DNA of 64,000 nt from Candidatus Nomurabacteria bacterium (GTDB lineage: Bacteria > Patescibacteriota > Minisyncoccia > Phycocordibacterales > UBA9973): NCBI GenBank assembly GCA_023267215.1, contig JAHFNS010000001.1, positions 239,507 to 303,506 on the forward strand, read 5' to 3'. Below, piece after piece: positions 32,247-42,264 of the stretch. Position 1 is the first letter of the stretch. Each line of letters starts with the position of its first letter. The notes below the pieces were generated by a model. That model had not been told where the DNA came from and searched no databases. It saw only the letters and a list, made by a program, of their open reading frames with translations. The position numbers and the translations under genes were made by a program.

Positions 32247-33575
32247 TTAATTATCTTTGGCAGCTTCGAGGGTTACTGGTACTGTTTTTTCTACACCTTT
32301 ATGTAATATTTTTAGATTAATCACAGAGCCTATACTTTTTTGTCTAATGATAGAAGCGAGAGTATTGTTTTCATCCAATTTCACACCATCAACTTCTAAA
32401 ACTATATCATTTTCTACTATCCCCGCTTTGTCGGCAGGACTTCCTGGAACAACTGCTAATTCATTTTGATTAGCTCCAGCTTTAACAAGTACTCCGTAAT
32501 CAACTGTTAAATTATTTTTATCTTTCATTTCCGTATTAATAGCAACATAACGAATACCTAAATATGGTCTTACAATTTTACCAGTGGCCTTAACTGATTC
32601 TATGGCGCTTTTTATATTATTTATCGGTAAAGCAAAACCTATATTTTGAGATCCTTGTGCTATGGCCACGTTTACTCCGATTACTTCTCCAGATAAATCA
32701 AGCAATGGCCCACCAGAATTCCCAGGATTAATAGCTGCATCCGTTTGAATGACATGGTCGAGCGTTTCTGTATTTCCAGAAGAGTCCCCCGCTGTCACAG
32801 ATCTAGCGAGCCCTGACACAACACCTACAGAAACTGTATTTCTAAATTCTCCAAGTGCATTGCCAATAGCAATAACGCTCTGCCCTATTTGTAATGAATC
32901 AGAATTACCTAGTGAAAGAAATGGAAAATCAGATCCAACAATTTTTATAAGTGCAATATCAAGCACGGGATCTCGAGCAATGACTTTGGCTTCATGTTTT
33001 TTACCATCATTCGTAAAGACAGTGTACATCGCATCTTTCTCGGAAACAACATGCTTATTTGTAACAATCAATCCATCACTCGAGACAAAAAATCCTGAAC
33101 CTCCACCAATGTCTTTTTTCTCTGTGCCATTCTGACGATACTGGGGAACATTAAAAAAGAAACCAGGAAACAATCCACCAAATGGATCTTGTTGTTGGTT
33201 TGGATCAGTATAAAGCTCATATTTGGGAACATTTTTACTAATGATAATAGAAACGACAGCTGGATTAGTTTTCTTTACTGCATTAATTACAAAATGCTCT
33301 TCTGAAAAAATAGATTGTTTTTCTGTTTTATCAGTGATTAATTTCTGGTCATTTCCTAACTTACTATTTGGGTTTTGAACTTCTTGTAAATATTCTTTGG
33401 CAAAATAATCAAAAACATTTGCTCTATAATACCAAACAAGACCCACCCCAATAGCCAAAAGGATGACCAAAGAAACTAAACTTACCAAGAATGAATGTAG
33501 GAAGTTTTTATTTAAAAAAAATCTTTTTATTTGTTTTATTGTATCTAAGTTTTCCATATAATTTTGTAAAATCAT
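32247..33575 (-). CDS. HtrA/DegP serine protease with PDZ domain
   Basis: GSGF, TNKHVV, QTDAAINPGNSGGPL, GSPADKAGI. Confidence 0.93.
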   Translation of the reverse strand: MILQNYMENLDTIKQIKRFFLNKNFLHSFLVSLVSLVILLAIGVGLVWYYRANVFDYFAKEYLQEVQNPNSKLGNDQKLITDKTEKQSIFSEEHFVINAVKKTNPAVVSIIISKNVPKYELYTDPNQQQDPFGGLFPGFFFNVPQYRQNGTEKKDIGGGSGFFVSSDGLIVTNKHVVSEKDAMYTVFTNDGKKHEAKVIARDPVLDIALIKIVGSDFPFLSLGNSDSLQIGQSVIAIGNALGEFRNTVSVGVVSGLARSVTAGDSSGNTETLDHVIQTDAAINPGNSGGPLLDLSGEVIGVNVAIAQGSQNIGFALPINNIKSAIESVKATGKIVRPYLGIRYVAINTEMKDKNNLTVDYGVLVKAGANQNELAVVPGSPADKAGIVENDIVLEVDGVKLDENNTLASIIRQKSIGSVINLKILHKGVEKTVPVTLEAAKDN

Positions 33576-33618
33576 ATTGGGTATGATTTTAAATAAAAAA
33601 ATTATTGATAATATAAAA

Positions 33619-34059
33619 TTATATATGTCTTTTCTTATTTAGCAAGTGGCTTTTATATATATTTTGTTTATATGGCTTCAAACGTTTAATTTTTATTAAA
33701 AAGTTATTATTTTTTAAGTCTTTTCTTAGCTCCTTTACATATGCCTTCTGATCATAACCTAAAGCAATTATATTTGGTTTTTCTTTTTTAATATGAAAAA
33801 AATAATTTTTCAAACTACCTAAAACCACCTTATCAACCAACTTACTTTTTTTTACTAAATTCGTTCTTTTCTTTTCATTTAAAAATGGCTTTACGCCTTT
33901 TATTCTTTTAACATTCTTGTCTCTAGCTATAGATACGATTAAAAATGAATTTTGGTGCAATTTTTTTGCTTGTTTAAAAAAATTTAAGTGACCTTCGTGT
34001 AATCCATCAAAAGTACCAAAAATCATTATTTTCGTTTGTTCGTTATTTCTATTTAACAT
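33619..34059 (-). CDS. Cytidylyltransferase-family protein (archaeal-type FAD synthase RibL-like)
   Basis: FGTFDGLHEGH, ARD, IIALGYDQ. Confidence 0.8.
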   Translation of the reverse strand: MLNRNNEQTKIMIFGTFDGLHEGHLNFFKQAKKLHQNSFLIVSIARDKNVKRIKGVKPFLNEKKRTNLVKKSKLVDKVVLGSLKNYFFHIKKEKPNIIALGYDQKAYVKELRKDLKNNNFLIKIKRLKPYKQNIYKSHLLNKKRHI

Positions 34060-34096
34060 TGTTTTATTATAACAATTTTGTTATCCACAGTAAAAA

Positions 34097-34124
34097 TTGA
34101 CAGATACTAGAGAAAGCATAAAAT
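34097..34124 (+). promoter_or_regulatory. sigma70 promoter of the riboswitch operon
   Basis: TTGACA-16 nt-TAAAAT. Confidence 0.65.
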
Positions 34125-34131
34125 GAAAGAG

Positions 34132-34255
34132 TTCATTAAAAAGTTATAGTAAGTGATTGGGGAAACTGGTTAGATTCCAGTACAGTGCCGCTACGGTAAG
34201 TCCTGAACACCAATAGGTGGAAGGAACAAGTCCGATTACCAATCATTTTTATGAA
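34132..34255 (+). ncRNA. Cobalamin riboswitch
   Basis: GGGGAAACTGGTTAGATTCCAGTACAGTGCCGCTACGGTAAG...AAGTCCGATTACC resembles the B12-element core; closing stem TGATTGG/CCAATCA; DUF4430 genes downstream. Confidence 0.88.
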
Positions 34256-34287
34256 TCCCGAGCAGGACTAAGCCATTTTGAAGGCCC

Positions 34288-34313
34288 AAAATTCTGCTCA
34301 AGCAGAATTTTTT
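34288..34313 (+). terminator. Riboswitch expression-platform terminator
   Basis: AAAATTCTGCT-CA-AGCAGAATTTTTT just before the ATG. Confidence 0.75.
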
Positions 34314-34319
34314 CGTTTT

Positions 34320-34763
34320 ATGCAAGATAAAAACAACAAAAAAGTAATATGGTTCGGTCTTATTGTTTCTATTTTTTTCTTTCTAATTTTTATTTTCACA
34401 AAAGATCTTGGACAAAATACCACAAACAGGCAAGGCCTGTTAGAACAAGTCTTGCCTGGTGCTATTGAAACAGATCAAGCATTTCTAGAAATCAATGAGA
34501 AAAAAATTGGGACAAAAATAATAAAAAATGAAAATATTTATGATTTCATGCAAGAATTACAAAAAGAAAGAAAAATAAACTTCAAAGATACAACTTATAT
34601 CGGAATGGGAAAATTAATTGAAGAGATAAACGGAATTAAAAACAGTGGAGAAAGAAATTGGATTTATTATGTGAATGATGTTGAAGCACAAGTCGGTGTT
34701 TCAAATTATAAATTAAAAGTTGGAGACGTGGTGTCTTGGAAATATGAGCAAACAAATCATTAA
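34320..34763 (+). CDS. Membrane-anchored DUF4430 (transcobalamin C-terminal-like) protein
   Basis: GMG.LIEEINGI.N...WIYYVN....VGVS.YKLKVGDVV.WKY. Confidence 0.85.
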   Translation: MQDKNNKKVIWFGLIVSIFFFLIFIFTKDLGQNTTNRQGLLEQVLPGAIETDQAFLEINEKKIGTKIIKNENIYDFMQELQKERKINFKDTTYIGMGKLIEEINGIKNSGERNWIYYVNDVEAQVGVSNYKLKVGDVVSWKYEQTNH

Positions 34764-36309
34764 AATAATATTATTAAGTTTTATATCTCTTGGTTTTTTC
34801 AGTACTGTTTATGCAGATACTCCAATACATTTAAAGATAGCTACTCCAACAAATATAATTTATGATAAAGATATAACCGTCACCCCTTGTGATAGTGATA
34901 ATAATCCTCTAACCCCAGATATCATCACAGCCTACTGTGCAATCCTACAATCTGAAATATCAAATATCTGGGACTGGAGTTGGGCTCCTGGTGCATTCGT
35001 CACTTCTATAAATAATATTTCTGGTTTTACAAGCAAAGACAGAAACAATAATGATGTTTATCATTATTGGAGTTGGACTTTAAATGGAACAGAGGGGGCC
35101 ACTGGATTAAATCAATATACTTTACAGCCAAATGATTTAATTTCTCTTAATTTTATAGATCCAATAGATCTAACTCCTATCGTTTCAGCTGGTTCTCCAC
35201 AAATTGTCTCCCCAGAAATTAGTGCTACCCCCACCGCACTAGAACCAACAAGGGTACCAGTATCTACGCCTATAAAAATAAAACCTATATTTGATACAAA
35301 AAAGGCTTCTGATTTTATAGTATCACAACAAAAGGAGGATGGAACTTGGGGAAATGATCTTTACACAGACTGGATAGCTATCTCTCTGGCTTCTTTGAAA
35401 AAAGAAGATCAAAAAATAAATCCAATTATAGAATTAATAAAATATTTATCTTTAAATAAAATTTCTAGCACACTTTTAACCGATCATGAAAGACATACTA
35501 TGGCTCTATCAGCTCTCGGACTTAATCCATACAACATCAATGGAGAAAATTATATAAAAAAAATAACAGATAGTTTCGATGGGAAACAATTTGGTGATAT
35601 TGATAAAGATAATGATGATATTTTTGCTTTGATTGTTTTACAAAATGCTGGTTTTACTAAAGATGAAGATATTATTAAAAATGATATCTCTTACATATTA
35701 TCAAAACAAAAAGAAAATGGTTCTTGGGATAATAGTGTAGATATGACAGGAGCTGCTATGGAGTCTCTTTCTATATTTAGTAAACAAGACCCCTTCCTAA
35801 CCTCCCCCTTAGCAGAGGGAGGAACAATTCCAAATGCTATTAGTAAAGCAAAAGAGTATTTAAAACAAAACCAAAAAGATGATGGCGGTTTTGGCAATGT
35901 TTCTTCCACCTCTTGGGCTATAGAAGGTATCTTATCTCTCGGAGAAAAAGCAGAAGATTGGATAAAAAATGAACAATCCCCTATTGATTATTTAGCGACT
36001 ATGCAAAATGAAGATGGGAGTGTAAAAGAAGATAATTTAGACAACAAAATCTGGCAAACATCTTATGCTCTTTCAGCATTATCAGGGAAAACTTGGAATG
36101 AATTAATGCAAAAATTTGAAAAACCAAAAGAAATATTAGAAGAAAAAATAATTAAAAAATATACTCCAAAAATAAAAAACTCAAAAATTCAAAATAATGC
36201 AAACACCATAAATTCCATAATTAATTCTCCAATAAACACAGAAAAAGAAACAGCTCCTATAAAAAAGAGCTGGTTCAAAAACTTTTTAAATAAATTATTT
36301 GGAATTTAA
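34744..36309 (+). CDS. Secreted DUF4430 plus prenyltransferase/squalene-oxidase-repeat protein
   Basis: GAFVTSINN..YWSW.LNG; repeated Q..DG.W/F motifs. Confidence 0.8.
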   Translation: MSKQIIKIILLSFISLGFFSTVYADTPIHLKIATPTNIIYDKDITVTPCDSDNNPLTPDIITAYCAILQSEISNIWDWSWAPGAFVTSINNISGFTSKDRNNNDVYHYWSWTLNGTEGATGLNQYTLQPNDLISLNFIDPIDLTPIVSAGSPQIVSPEISATPTALEPTRVPVSTPIKIKPIFDTKKASDFIVSQQKEDGTWGNDLYTDWIAISLASLKKEDQKINPIIELIKYLSLNKISSTLLTDHERHTMALSALGLNPYNINGENYIKKITDSFDGKQFGDIDKDNDDIFALIVLQNAGFTKDEDIIKNDISYILSKQKENGSWDNSVDMTGAAMESLSIFSKQDPFLTSPLAEGGTIPNAISKAKEYLKQNQKDDGGFGNVSSTSWAIEGILSLGEKAEDWIKNEQSPIDYLATMQNEDGSVKEDNLDNKIWQTSYALSALSGKTWNELMQKFEKPKEILEEKIIKKYTPKIKNSKIQNNANTINSIINSPINTEKETAPIKKSWFKNFLNKLFGI

Positions 36310-36692
36310 AACAAAGACAAAATCCAAGGTGATGGGATAGCTAATAACATAAGGACTGCTCCTAAAAGAGCCATATTCTTTTTGAAATTTATTTCTTCCC
36401 CCATTCTTGTCATTTGATCAGAAACTTTCCAATATTGATGCATTTGTATAGATGTCACAAACAAGAAAACTGCAAGCAAGAGAACAGAAAGCTCAATATA
36501 AACTCCTAAAAGTATCCCCAAACCACCAATAATCATCATAAGACCCGTTAAAGACACAGCCAAACTTGGCATTGGTACTTTTTTAGATTGAGCATAGCCA
36601 GTCAACATTTTTAGATTTTTGAGATGACTAAAACCACTCAATATAAAATATCCCCCTAATAATATCCTTCCTAAAATAAATAAATATTCCAT
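36306..36692 (-). CDS. DoxX family membrane protein
   Basis: GRILLGGYF..G..H, H.YW, F.KN.ALLG. Confidence 0.88.
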   Translation of the reverse strand: MEYLFILGRILLGGYFILSGFSHLKNLKMLTGYAQSKKVPMPSLAVSLTGLMMIIGGLGILLGVYIELSVLLLAVFLFVTSIQMHQYWKVSDQMTRMGEEINFKKNMALLGAVLMLLAIPSPWILSLF

Positions 36693-36758
36693 ATACTTTT
36701 AAATCTCAGCCTGCGGCTGATCCGCCCTAGGCGGCAAATTAGATTAATAAGATTTATA

Positions 36759-37385
36759 TTATACTATTTTTCTTCTAGGAGACGCAAATTCCTCAATTTT
36801 ACCTATTTTTATTTCTATTTTGTCTACTTTTCTTAAATTTTTGATAGTTGTTTTTGATAAAATATCATAATGCTTTATATTATCTAATTCTTGATCTATT
36901 CCCCAAAGATCACCATCTTCCACCTCCCATCCCTTTTTGAATACATTTAAATTAAGAGGTTTAGAATAACTTCTTAATGTTTTTAATCCATTATCTAAAA
37001 AATATTCGTGAAAATAAGACATTACAAGTTCATGTATACTTTTATATACTGGTTCACGATATCTAAGCACTGCATGATTAGTTTTTGATAATGCACCCCA
37101 ATATCCTTTTATCTTAAATGGAGCCACTACGTGGTCATAATCCCCTTTGGTCGTCTTTAAATGAAGCACAAGAGGCGGAAAACCATGTAAAGAAAGAATA
37201 TAAGCACCCAAAATAGCTCCTTCAATACAATGGGCATTTTTTGCTCTTAAGGTTGAAATAGGAGATTTCAATGTTTCACCTTTTTCCTCAAAATTAAACT
37301 TTAAACTATTCAAAAAGTCCTGCACCTTCGGTGGTGTATTTAATTTATGCAATAATTCTTTTTCTTTTTCAGTAAAACAAAGCAT
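36759..37385 (-). CDS. Transglutaminase-like hypothetical protein
   Basis: AHCIEGA, DHVVA, WGALSKTNH..LRYREPVY. Confidence 0.7.
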   Translation of the reverse strand: MLCFTEKEKELLHKLNTPPKVQDFLNSLKFNFEEKGETLKSPISTLRAKNAHCIEGAILGAYILSLHGFPPLVLHLKTTKGDYDHVVAPFKIKGYWGALSKTNHAVLRYREPVYKSIHELVMSYFHEYFLDNGLKTLRSYSKPLNLNVFKKGWEVEDGDLWGIDQELDNIKHYDILSKTTIKNLRKVDKIEIKIGKIEEFASPRRKIV

Positions 37386-37598
37386 TTATATACCGAGCTC
37401 ACTACCACTTAAGGCACTTGTATAATTACTTAAAAATGATGGCAAAACAAACATTAATCCTATAAGGGGTATAACTACAGCAATTACTGTAATCCAAATT
37501 GTCATTAAAAAATATTTTCTGGTTTTTTCTACCGACTTATAAATAGCATCTATCTTTACTCCTTGCTCTTCTATTTTTTGTTTTAATTCTTGATCCAT
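37386..37598 (-). CDS. Small membrane protein
   Basis: Coiled coil plus one TM; TGaTATGAT 6 nt before the ATG. Confidence 0.7.
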   Translation of the reverse strand: MDQELKQKIEEQGVKIDAIYKSVEKTRKYFLMTIWITVIAVVIPLIGLMFVLPSFLSNYTSALSGSELGI

Positions 37599-37630
37599 GA
37601 TTTAATCATATCACAAACTAATTAAAAAAT

Positions 37631-38185
37631 TTATAAATTTTCTTTCTTGTAAAAGTAAGCAACCAACAAAAGAGTAATGAGAGCAAAAAATACTGTTAAA
37701 GAAAACATCGGAATAGAAATATATCCTCCGACTTCATCCACAAATTTTTGAACACAAGAAATACCAGAAGCATCACAAGCACCTACGCTTTCTGTAAAAT
37801 AATAAATAAAATTATGATAAAGTGAGATCAACAAACCTGAGAGGAGAAGTGGAAAAATATAACCTGTCACGTTCCTATCCTTTTTTAAATAGGCCATACC
37901 AAAAAGCACTGTCTGGGGAAATAAAAATATTCTTTGTAGCCAACACAAAAAGCATACAGCATAACCCGCCACTTCAGAATAGAAAAGTGACAAAACAGCG
38001 GTAAAAAATGAAATAATAAATCCGATTAACAAAAAATGTTCTGAAACAAAAGAAAGAAATTCATTTTTAAAACTGTTTTTATTAGGAACTGCAAAAAGAA
38101 GGATCAAAGTAAAAACACACAAGAATTGTAACGTAATTGCAAAGACACCGAGAATTAAATTAAGATAATGTATATATGTCATCAA
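37631..38185 (-). CDS. Disulfide bond formation protein DsbB family
   Basis: CFLCWLQRI, C.....SC, YISIP. Confidence 0.88.
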   Translation of the reverse strand: MMTYIHYLNLILGVFAITLQFLCVFTLILLFAVPNKNSFKNEFLSFVSEHFLLIGFIISFFTAVLSLFYSEVAGYAVCFLCWLQRIFLFPQTVLFGMAYLKKDRNVTGYIFPLLLSGLLISLYHNFIYYFTESVGACDASGISCVQKFVDEVGGYISIPMFSLTVFFALITLLLVAYFYKKENL

Positions 38186-38565
38186 AAGATTTTAGGTAAA
38201 AAAATAATAAATCCGATAATCACAGCTGTAAAGGCAGCTACCAAAACAGCAGCTGCAGCGACATCTTTGGTGTCTCGAGCAAAAGGATGATACTCTGGAG
38301 AGGTTAAATCTATATCTATCTCAATGGCTGTATTTATTGTCTCAGTTATTATAACTAATCCAATAGAAAAAATTAAAGCAATCCATTCAAGACTTGAAAT
38401 TTTTAAATAAAATCCTAAAATTATCACAACTAGTGCCACAAATATATGAAAATATAAATTTTTGGTCGTTCTACCAAAAACGTATAAACCACGAAAGGCA
38501 TTCAAAAATTTCTCACTTTTTTTAACTTCTCTCCAAGCTCTTATTTCTCTTTTAGAATCTGACAT
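38182..38565 (-). CDS. Diacylglycerol/undecaprenol kinase (DgkA family)
   Basis: E.INTAIE..ID, KDVAAAAVL. Confidence 0.9.
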   Translation of the reverse strand: MSDSKREIRAWREVKKSEKFLNAFRGLYVFGRTTKNLYFHIFVALVVIILGFYLKISSLEWIALIFSIGLVIITETINTAIEIDIDLTSPEYHPFARDTKDVAAAAVLVAAFTAVIIGFIIFLPKIF

Positions 38566-38582
38566 TTTATTTTTTATGATTT

Positions 38583-39212
38583 TTAATTTTTACTACGCCA
38601 CAAATCAATAAACCAAAAAATATGTTTAGTACTTTTTTCTAATAAATTAAATAAAATAGCGAGTGTGAATAGCAAGATAGCGAGACTAATACTGAAAAAC
38701 GATACAAAGATAGCAATAGCGGCAGCTACTACAGGAAATAAAATATGCATGTTGGCATGTTCATTCTCTTTCTTGGTAAATGATGTATTTTCAATAGTTT
38801 TAGAATTGATGATATACTGACGCATTTTAAATAAAGTGAAACCAATGAAGATAATATTCAAAGCAAAAAATATGATGGCTATCTGTGAATAACTGTATCT
38901 ACCGAGAAGATGTGAAGAAAATGGAACCAACCCTACGAAAAAGAAAAAGATGGCATTCAAGTTAGAAAATTTGGTATCAATATTTTTTGCTAAAATTGAT
39001 TCAATAAAATGATGCGAGCGCCAATAAGTAAAAAGCAGAGAAAAACTTAAAAGATAACTCAAAAATACTGGCAAAAGATTTATTAATGAATTTAAAAGTG
39101 TTTGTTCGTTTATTATCCCAACATAGTCTGGTATCCTTATTTCAAAAACCAAAATAGTCATTACTATGGCAAATATACTATCTGCTAATTGATCCAATCG
39201 TATTTGTTTCAT
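38583..39212 (-). CDS. TMEM175 (DUF1211) family potassium channel
   Basis: RL..LADSIFAIVMTILV, SY.LSF..L..YW..HH. Confidence 0.88.
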   Translation of the reverse strand: MKQIRLDQLADSIFAIVMTILVFEIRIPDYVGIINEQTLLNSLINLLPVFLSYLLSFSLLFTYWRSHHFIESILAKNIDTKFSNLNAIFFFFVGLVPFSSHLLGRYSYSQIAIIFFALNIIFIGFTLFKMRQYIINSKTIENTSFTKKENEHANMHILFPVVAAAIAIFVSFFSISLAILLFTLAILFNLLEKSTKHIFWFIDLWRSKN

Positions 39213-39242
39213 GGGTTTTATTATACTATAAAAATAAAAGCG

Positions 39243-39617
39243 TTAATTAGCTGGTAATACACAACCACTTATTTTTGCTAAATTATCCAATTCTTGTTCT
39301 CCAACATATTTTTGCCCTTTTTCATCTATCCAAGTTGGATAACTCTCTACTCCTTTGGCGATACATTCATCTGATTTTTCTGTACATTCAACGTAAGGCA
39401 CATATTTAAAAGAATCTCCGAAACGTTCTTTTTGTGCTTTACAGTGAGAACACCAAGAAGCACCATACATCGTCAAATTTTTTGAAGCGAGACATTGCGC
39501 AAAAGTATCATATTTACCAAGTGGAACATTTCCTCCTCCACCTTGTAATAAAACAGTCGCGACTGTGCCTAAAACCAAGAGAACAATTACTAAAAAGAAA
39601 ATATTTTTTTGTTTCAT
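39243..39617 (-). CDS. Membrane-anchored thioredoxin-like protein
   Basis: YGASWCSHC..QK..FG, YPTW. Confidence 0.88.
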   Translation of the reverse strand: MKQKNIFFLVIVLLVLGTVATVLLQGGGGNVPLGKYDTFAQCLASKNLTMYGASWCSHCKAQKERFGDSFKYVPYVECTEKSDECIAKGVESYPTWIDEKGQKYVGEQELDNLAKISGCVLPAN

Positions 39618-39623
39618 ATAATT

Positions 39624-40130
39624 TTATTCTTTACAACAATCTACTAATTTAGCCATAATATCATCATAAGTCATTGGTTTTTCATTCTCCAAAACATTTT
39701 TGATATGAGGCGCGCTGATAATTTTTAACCTAAGTCCAAAAAACAAATTAAAAATTTTGTAAGCAAAAGTAAACATTTGCTTTGCATCTTCTGTTTTGCC
39801 ATCACCTTGTAATTTTGTACCAACTTCCATGAGTCTCATCGTGGTGCCTAATAAATGCTTGGAAATACACCAACTTTCCGCTTCTGTTTTGTCTATCATT
39901 CGAGCCAAAAGTACTTTTCTCATTTCACGCACTTCATGCAACATATCATAATATTCATCTTTACCAGTTTTCGCACCAGAAAAAAAGAAATGCTCTTCCA
40001 AGCTTATCAAATTCATCACTGCTATACTTAAATCTTCTTCAGTTGATAAATCTACTCCCCTATTTTCTTTGAGAGTTGCTATCTTTTTTTGGAGTTCTTC
40101 AAAACTCATTAATTTTGGATCAGTTGTCAT
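39624..40130 (-). CDS. Conserved hypothetical protein
   Basis: Clean ORF in operon; WCISKHLL; C-terminal DCCKE. Confidence 0.7.
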   Translation of the reverse strand: MTTDPKLMSFEELQKKIATLKENRGVDLSTEEDLSIAVMNLISLEEHFFFSGAKTGKDEYYDMLHEVREMRKVLLARMIDKTEAESWCISKHLLGTTMRLMEVGTKLQGDGKTEDAKQMFTFAYKIFNLFFGLRLKIISAPHIKNVLENEKPMTYDDIMAKLVDCCKE

Positions 40131-40144
40131 AATGTTTTGTTCCC

Positions 40145-40237
40145 AAGTTTGCTAAGATTTGCTTTTTATAAGGTCCTCGGTTCTCTGGGTCCCCTACCCC
40201 AGCCAGACCATTCTAAAAAGTAAATCTTAGCAAACTT
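40145..40237. repeat. 93-bp inverted-repeat element
   Basis: 24-bp arms AAGTTTGCTAAGATTTGCTTTTTA / TAAAAAGTAAATCTTAGCAAACTT. Confidence 0.7.
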
Positions 40238-40245
40238 TTATAAAT

Positions 40246-40938
40246 TTATAATGTAAATATAATAATACCAAAAGCAAGCAAAATAAGCGACAAGACTACT
40301 CTTGCTCTCTTGGTTTCCAGTCTTCGTAACCTATCAATTTTTTCTGCCATAGCTTTATTAGTAGCAAAAATAAGTATAAGAATAAGAGGTAAAACAAAGA
40401 AAAGATTGTAAGCAATCAAATACCAAAACCCTGTCCAATAAGTGGCGTAATCATGAAGCAATGTCAAAACAAAAAGATATGGACCTCCGGTGCATGGAAA
40501 TTCAAACATCGCAACAAGAGCACCTAATAAAAAAAAAGCTGGAATAGAGCCCTTGCTGATTATCTTTGCAAGCGTTTTATGAGAGCTTTCTGGCATTTTC
40601 AATTTGATTGGGAAGCTTGGAAAGAATTCATTTATTAAATTAATTACAGCATAAATTATCAATATGGATGCTCCTATCTTCCCCATCACATTAGGTACAC
40701 TAAAAGCACCGAGGACTCGAAGAGCTCCCAACCCCACTAAAGTATAAATGAAGACAATTGCAAAGATATAAACACCTCCAGAAATTAAAACAAATTTCCT
40801 GTTTTTACCGAGGCTGAATAAAAAAGTGATAGTTAAAAAAAGGACGGATATAGCACAAGGATTTAAACTATCTATAATTGCCGAAGTCATAATGACTGGC
40901 AAAAAACTATGAATGCTAGTGGCTAAAGCGGGAGACAT
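40246..40938 (-). CDS. CcdA/DsbD-like thiol-redox membrane protein
   Basis: DSLNPCA and EFPCTGGPY; six TMs; start at MSPALA. Confidence 0.8.
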   Translation of the reverse strand: MSPALATSIHSFLPVIMTSAIIDSLNPCAISVLFLTITFLFSLGKNRKFVLISGGVYIFAIVFIYTLVGLGALRVLGAFSVPNVMGKIGASILIIYAVINLINEFFPSFPIKLKMPESSHKTLAKIISKGSIPAFFLLGALVAMFEFPCTGGPYLFVLTLLHDYATYWTGFWYLIAYNLFFVLPLILILIFATNKAMAEKIDRLRRLETKRARVVLSLILLAFGIIIFTL

Positions 40939-41010
40939 GTGGCTATAATAGCACAAAAAAATTTCAAAAACAAAAACTTCAAAAATGTTAAAAGCCGAGC
41001 TTTTAACATT

Positions 41011-41073
41011 ACCTCACCCCAGCTTGCTAGCTTTCCCCTCTCCTTATTAAGGAGAGGGGTCAGGGGTGAGGTG
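41011..41073. repeat. GC-rich palindromic element
   Basis: ACCTCACCCC-AGCTTGCTAGCT-TTCCCCTCTCCTTATTAAGGAGAGGGGTCAGGGGTGAGGTG. Confidence 0.9.
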
Positions 41074-41076
41074 AAT

Positions 41077-42264
41077 TTATTGGTATTGAATATAAATAGG
41101 TTTAGGATTTAGTTTCAATAGTTGGGCGGGAGTCATCATGACAGTGCCTTTTTCTAAAATATCATTTTTATAAAATAATTTAAAACCAGCAAATTGCACA
41201 GGTTCTGGATAAATAAAATTTTTATATGTGCCTATTTTTTTAGCTACTCCTCCCCAACCATCCATATCCATCACAATTTGTACATCTCTCAATGGTTTAA
41301 TTTCTTTATAATTTGTTACCATTTTTTGTGTATAACGATGTACAATCAATATTTTCGGTTGAAGATTATTCTCTTTCACAATTTTGGCTAAATAGTTTGC
41401 AGCAAAATTTATATCACTCGCATCGAGTGTGCCAACTATTTTACCCGGACGAATTCCACTCTTCATAGAAAATTCTGGATCAACACCGAGATGTACATTT
41501 GGCATTTTTAAATACTTTTCAAGAAGTGGCACTTCTGTTTGTAAATTACTAAAACCAACTTGAATATCTAAAAAAACAATTGCATTTATTTTCTGTGCTA
41601 TTTTCAAAACTTTATCTATTTCTGTATTCGGCATTCTGGCTCTATACTTCCCATCTGCCCCTGCACTTCCTTGGGCTACCACTGCAATATAGTGTAGAGC
41701 CGGGATCGCAGGTGTTTTTGGATCTGCTAGATTCCATTTTTCAACTTCATTTTGTAATTTAGCAATCATTTCTGCTTCAGGATATTGTCCGAGTACTCCC
41801 ATGTTTTTTGAATATAAGTTTCCATAATAAGCGATAATGCGATTAAATGGTAAAAGAGCTCCAGTATTAGGATAAGCTGTCTTCACTGGCCAAAGATGAG
41901 TCCGTACTGGTTGTGGGTCAAGTGGCACTTTTTCTGTCTTAATAATGTCCTTACCTTTTTTATCTTTGCCGATCACTGTTTTAACGGTTTTATAAACTAT
42001 CGGATCTGGAGGATTATTGGCCAACTCTTTCATCTTTTTATCATAAGTTATAGTATCAATCGGCAAAATATTAGAAACGGCAGGCGTTTCAACTGTTTTT
42101 TCTGTTTCATTCAATTCCACTTTTTCTCCATTAATTATTTGATCACTAAAAAATTCAGGGACCACAAAAAACAAAACCACACATAAAATCACCAAACCAA
42201 CAAAAAACCCCAAATGGGTCTCCGTAAACATTTTTTTAATTTTTGAAACTATAGCCTTGTTCAT
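41077..42264 (-). CDS. Conserved membrane-anchored hypothetical protein
   Basis: IAYYG, LD.Q.G, HLG.DPEF, MDGWG, GFKLFY. Confidence 0.75.
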   Translation of the reverse strand: MNKAIVSKIKKMFTETHLGFFVGLVILCVVLFFVVPEFFSDQIINGEKVELNETEKTVETPAVSNILPIDTITYDKKMKELANNPPDPIVYKTVKTVIGKDKKGKDIIKTEKVPLDPQPVRTHLWPVKTAYPNTGALLPFNRIIAYYGNLYSKNMGVLGQYPEAEMIAKLQNEVEKWNLADPKTPAIPALHYIAVVAQGSAGADGKYRARMPNTEIDKVLKIAQKINAIVFLDIQVGFSNLQTEVPLLEKYLKMPNVHLGVDPEFSMKSGIRPGKIVGTLDASDINFAANYLAKIVKENNLQPKILIVHRYTQKMVTNYKEIKPLRDVQIVMDMDGWGGVAKKIGTYKNFIYPEPVQFAGFKLFYKNDILEKGTVMMTPAQLLKLNPKPIYIQYQ

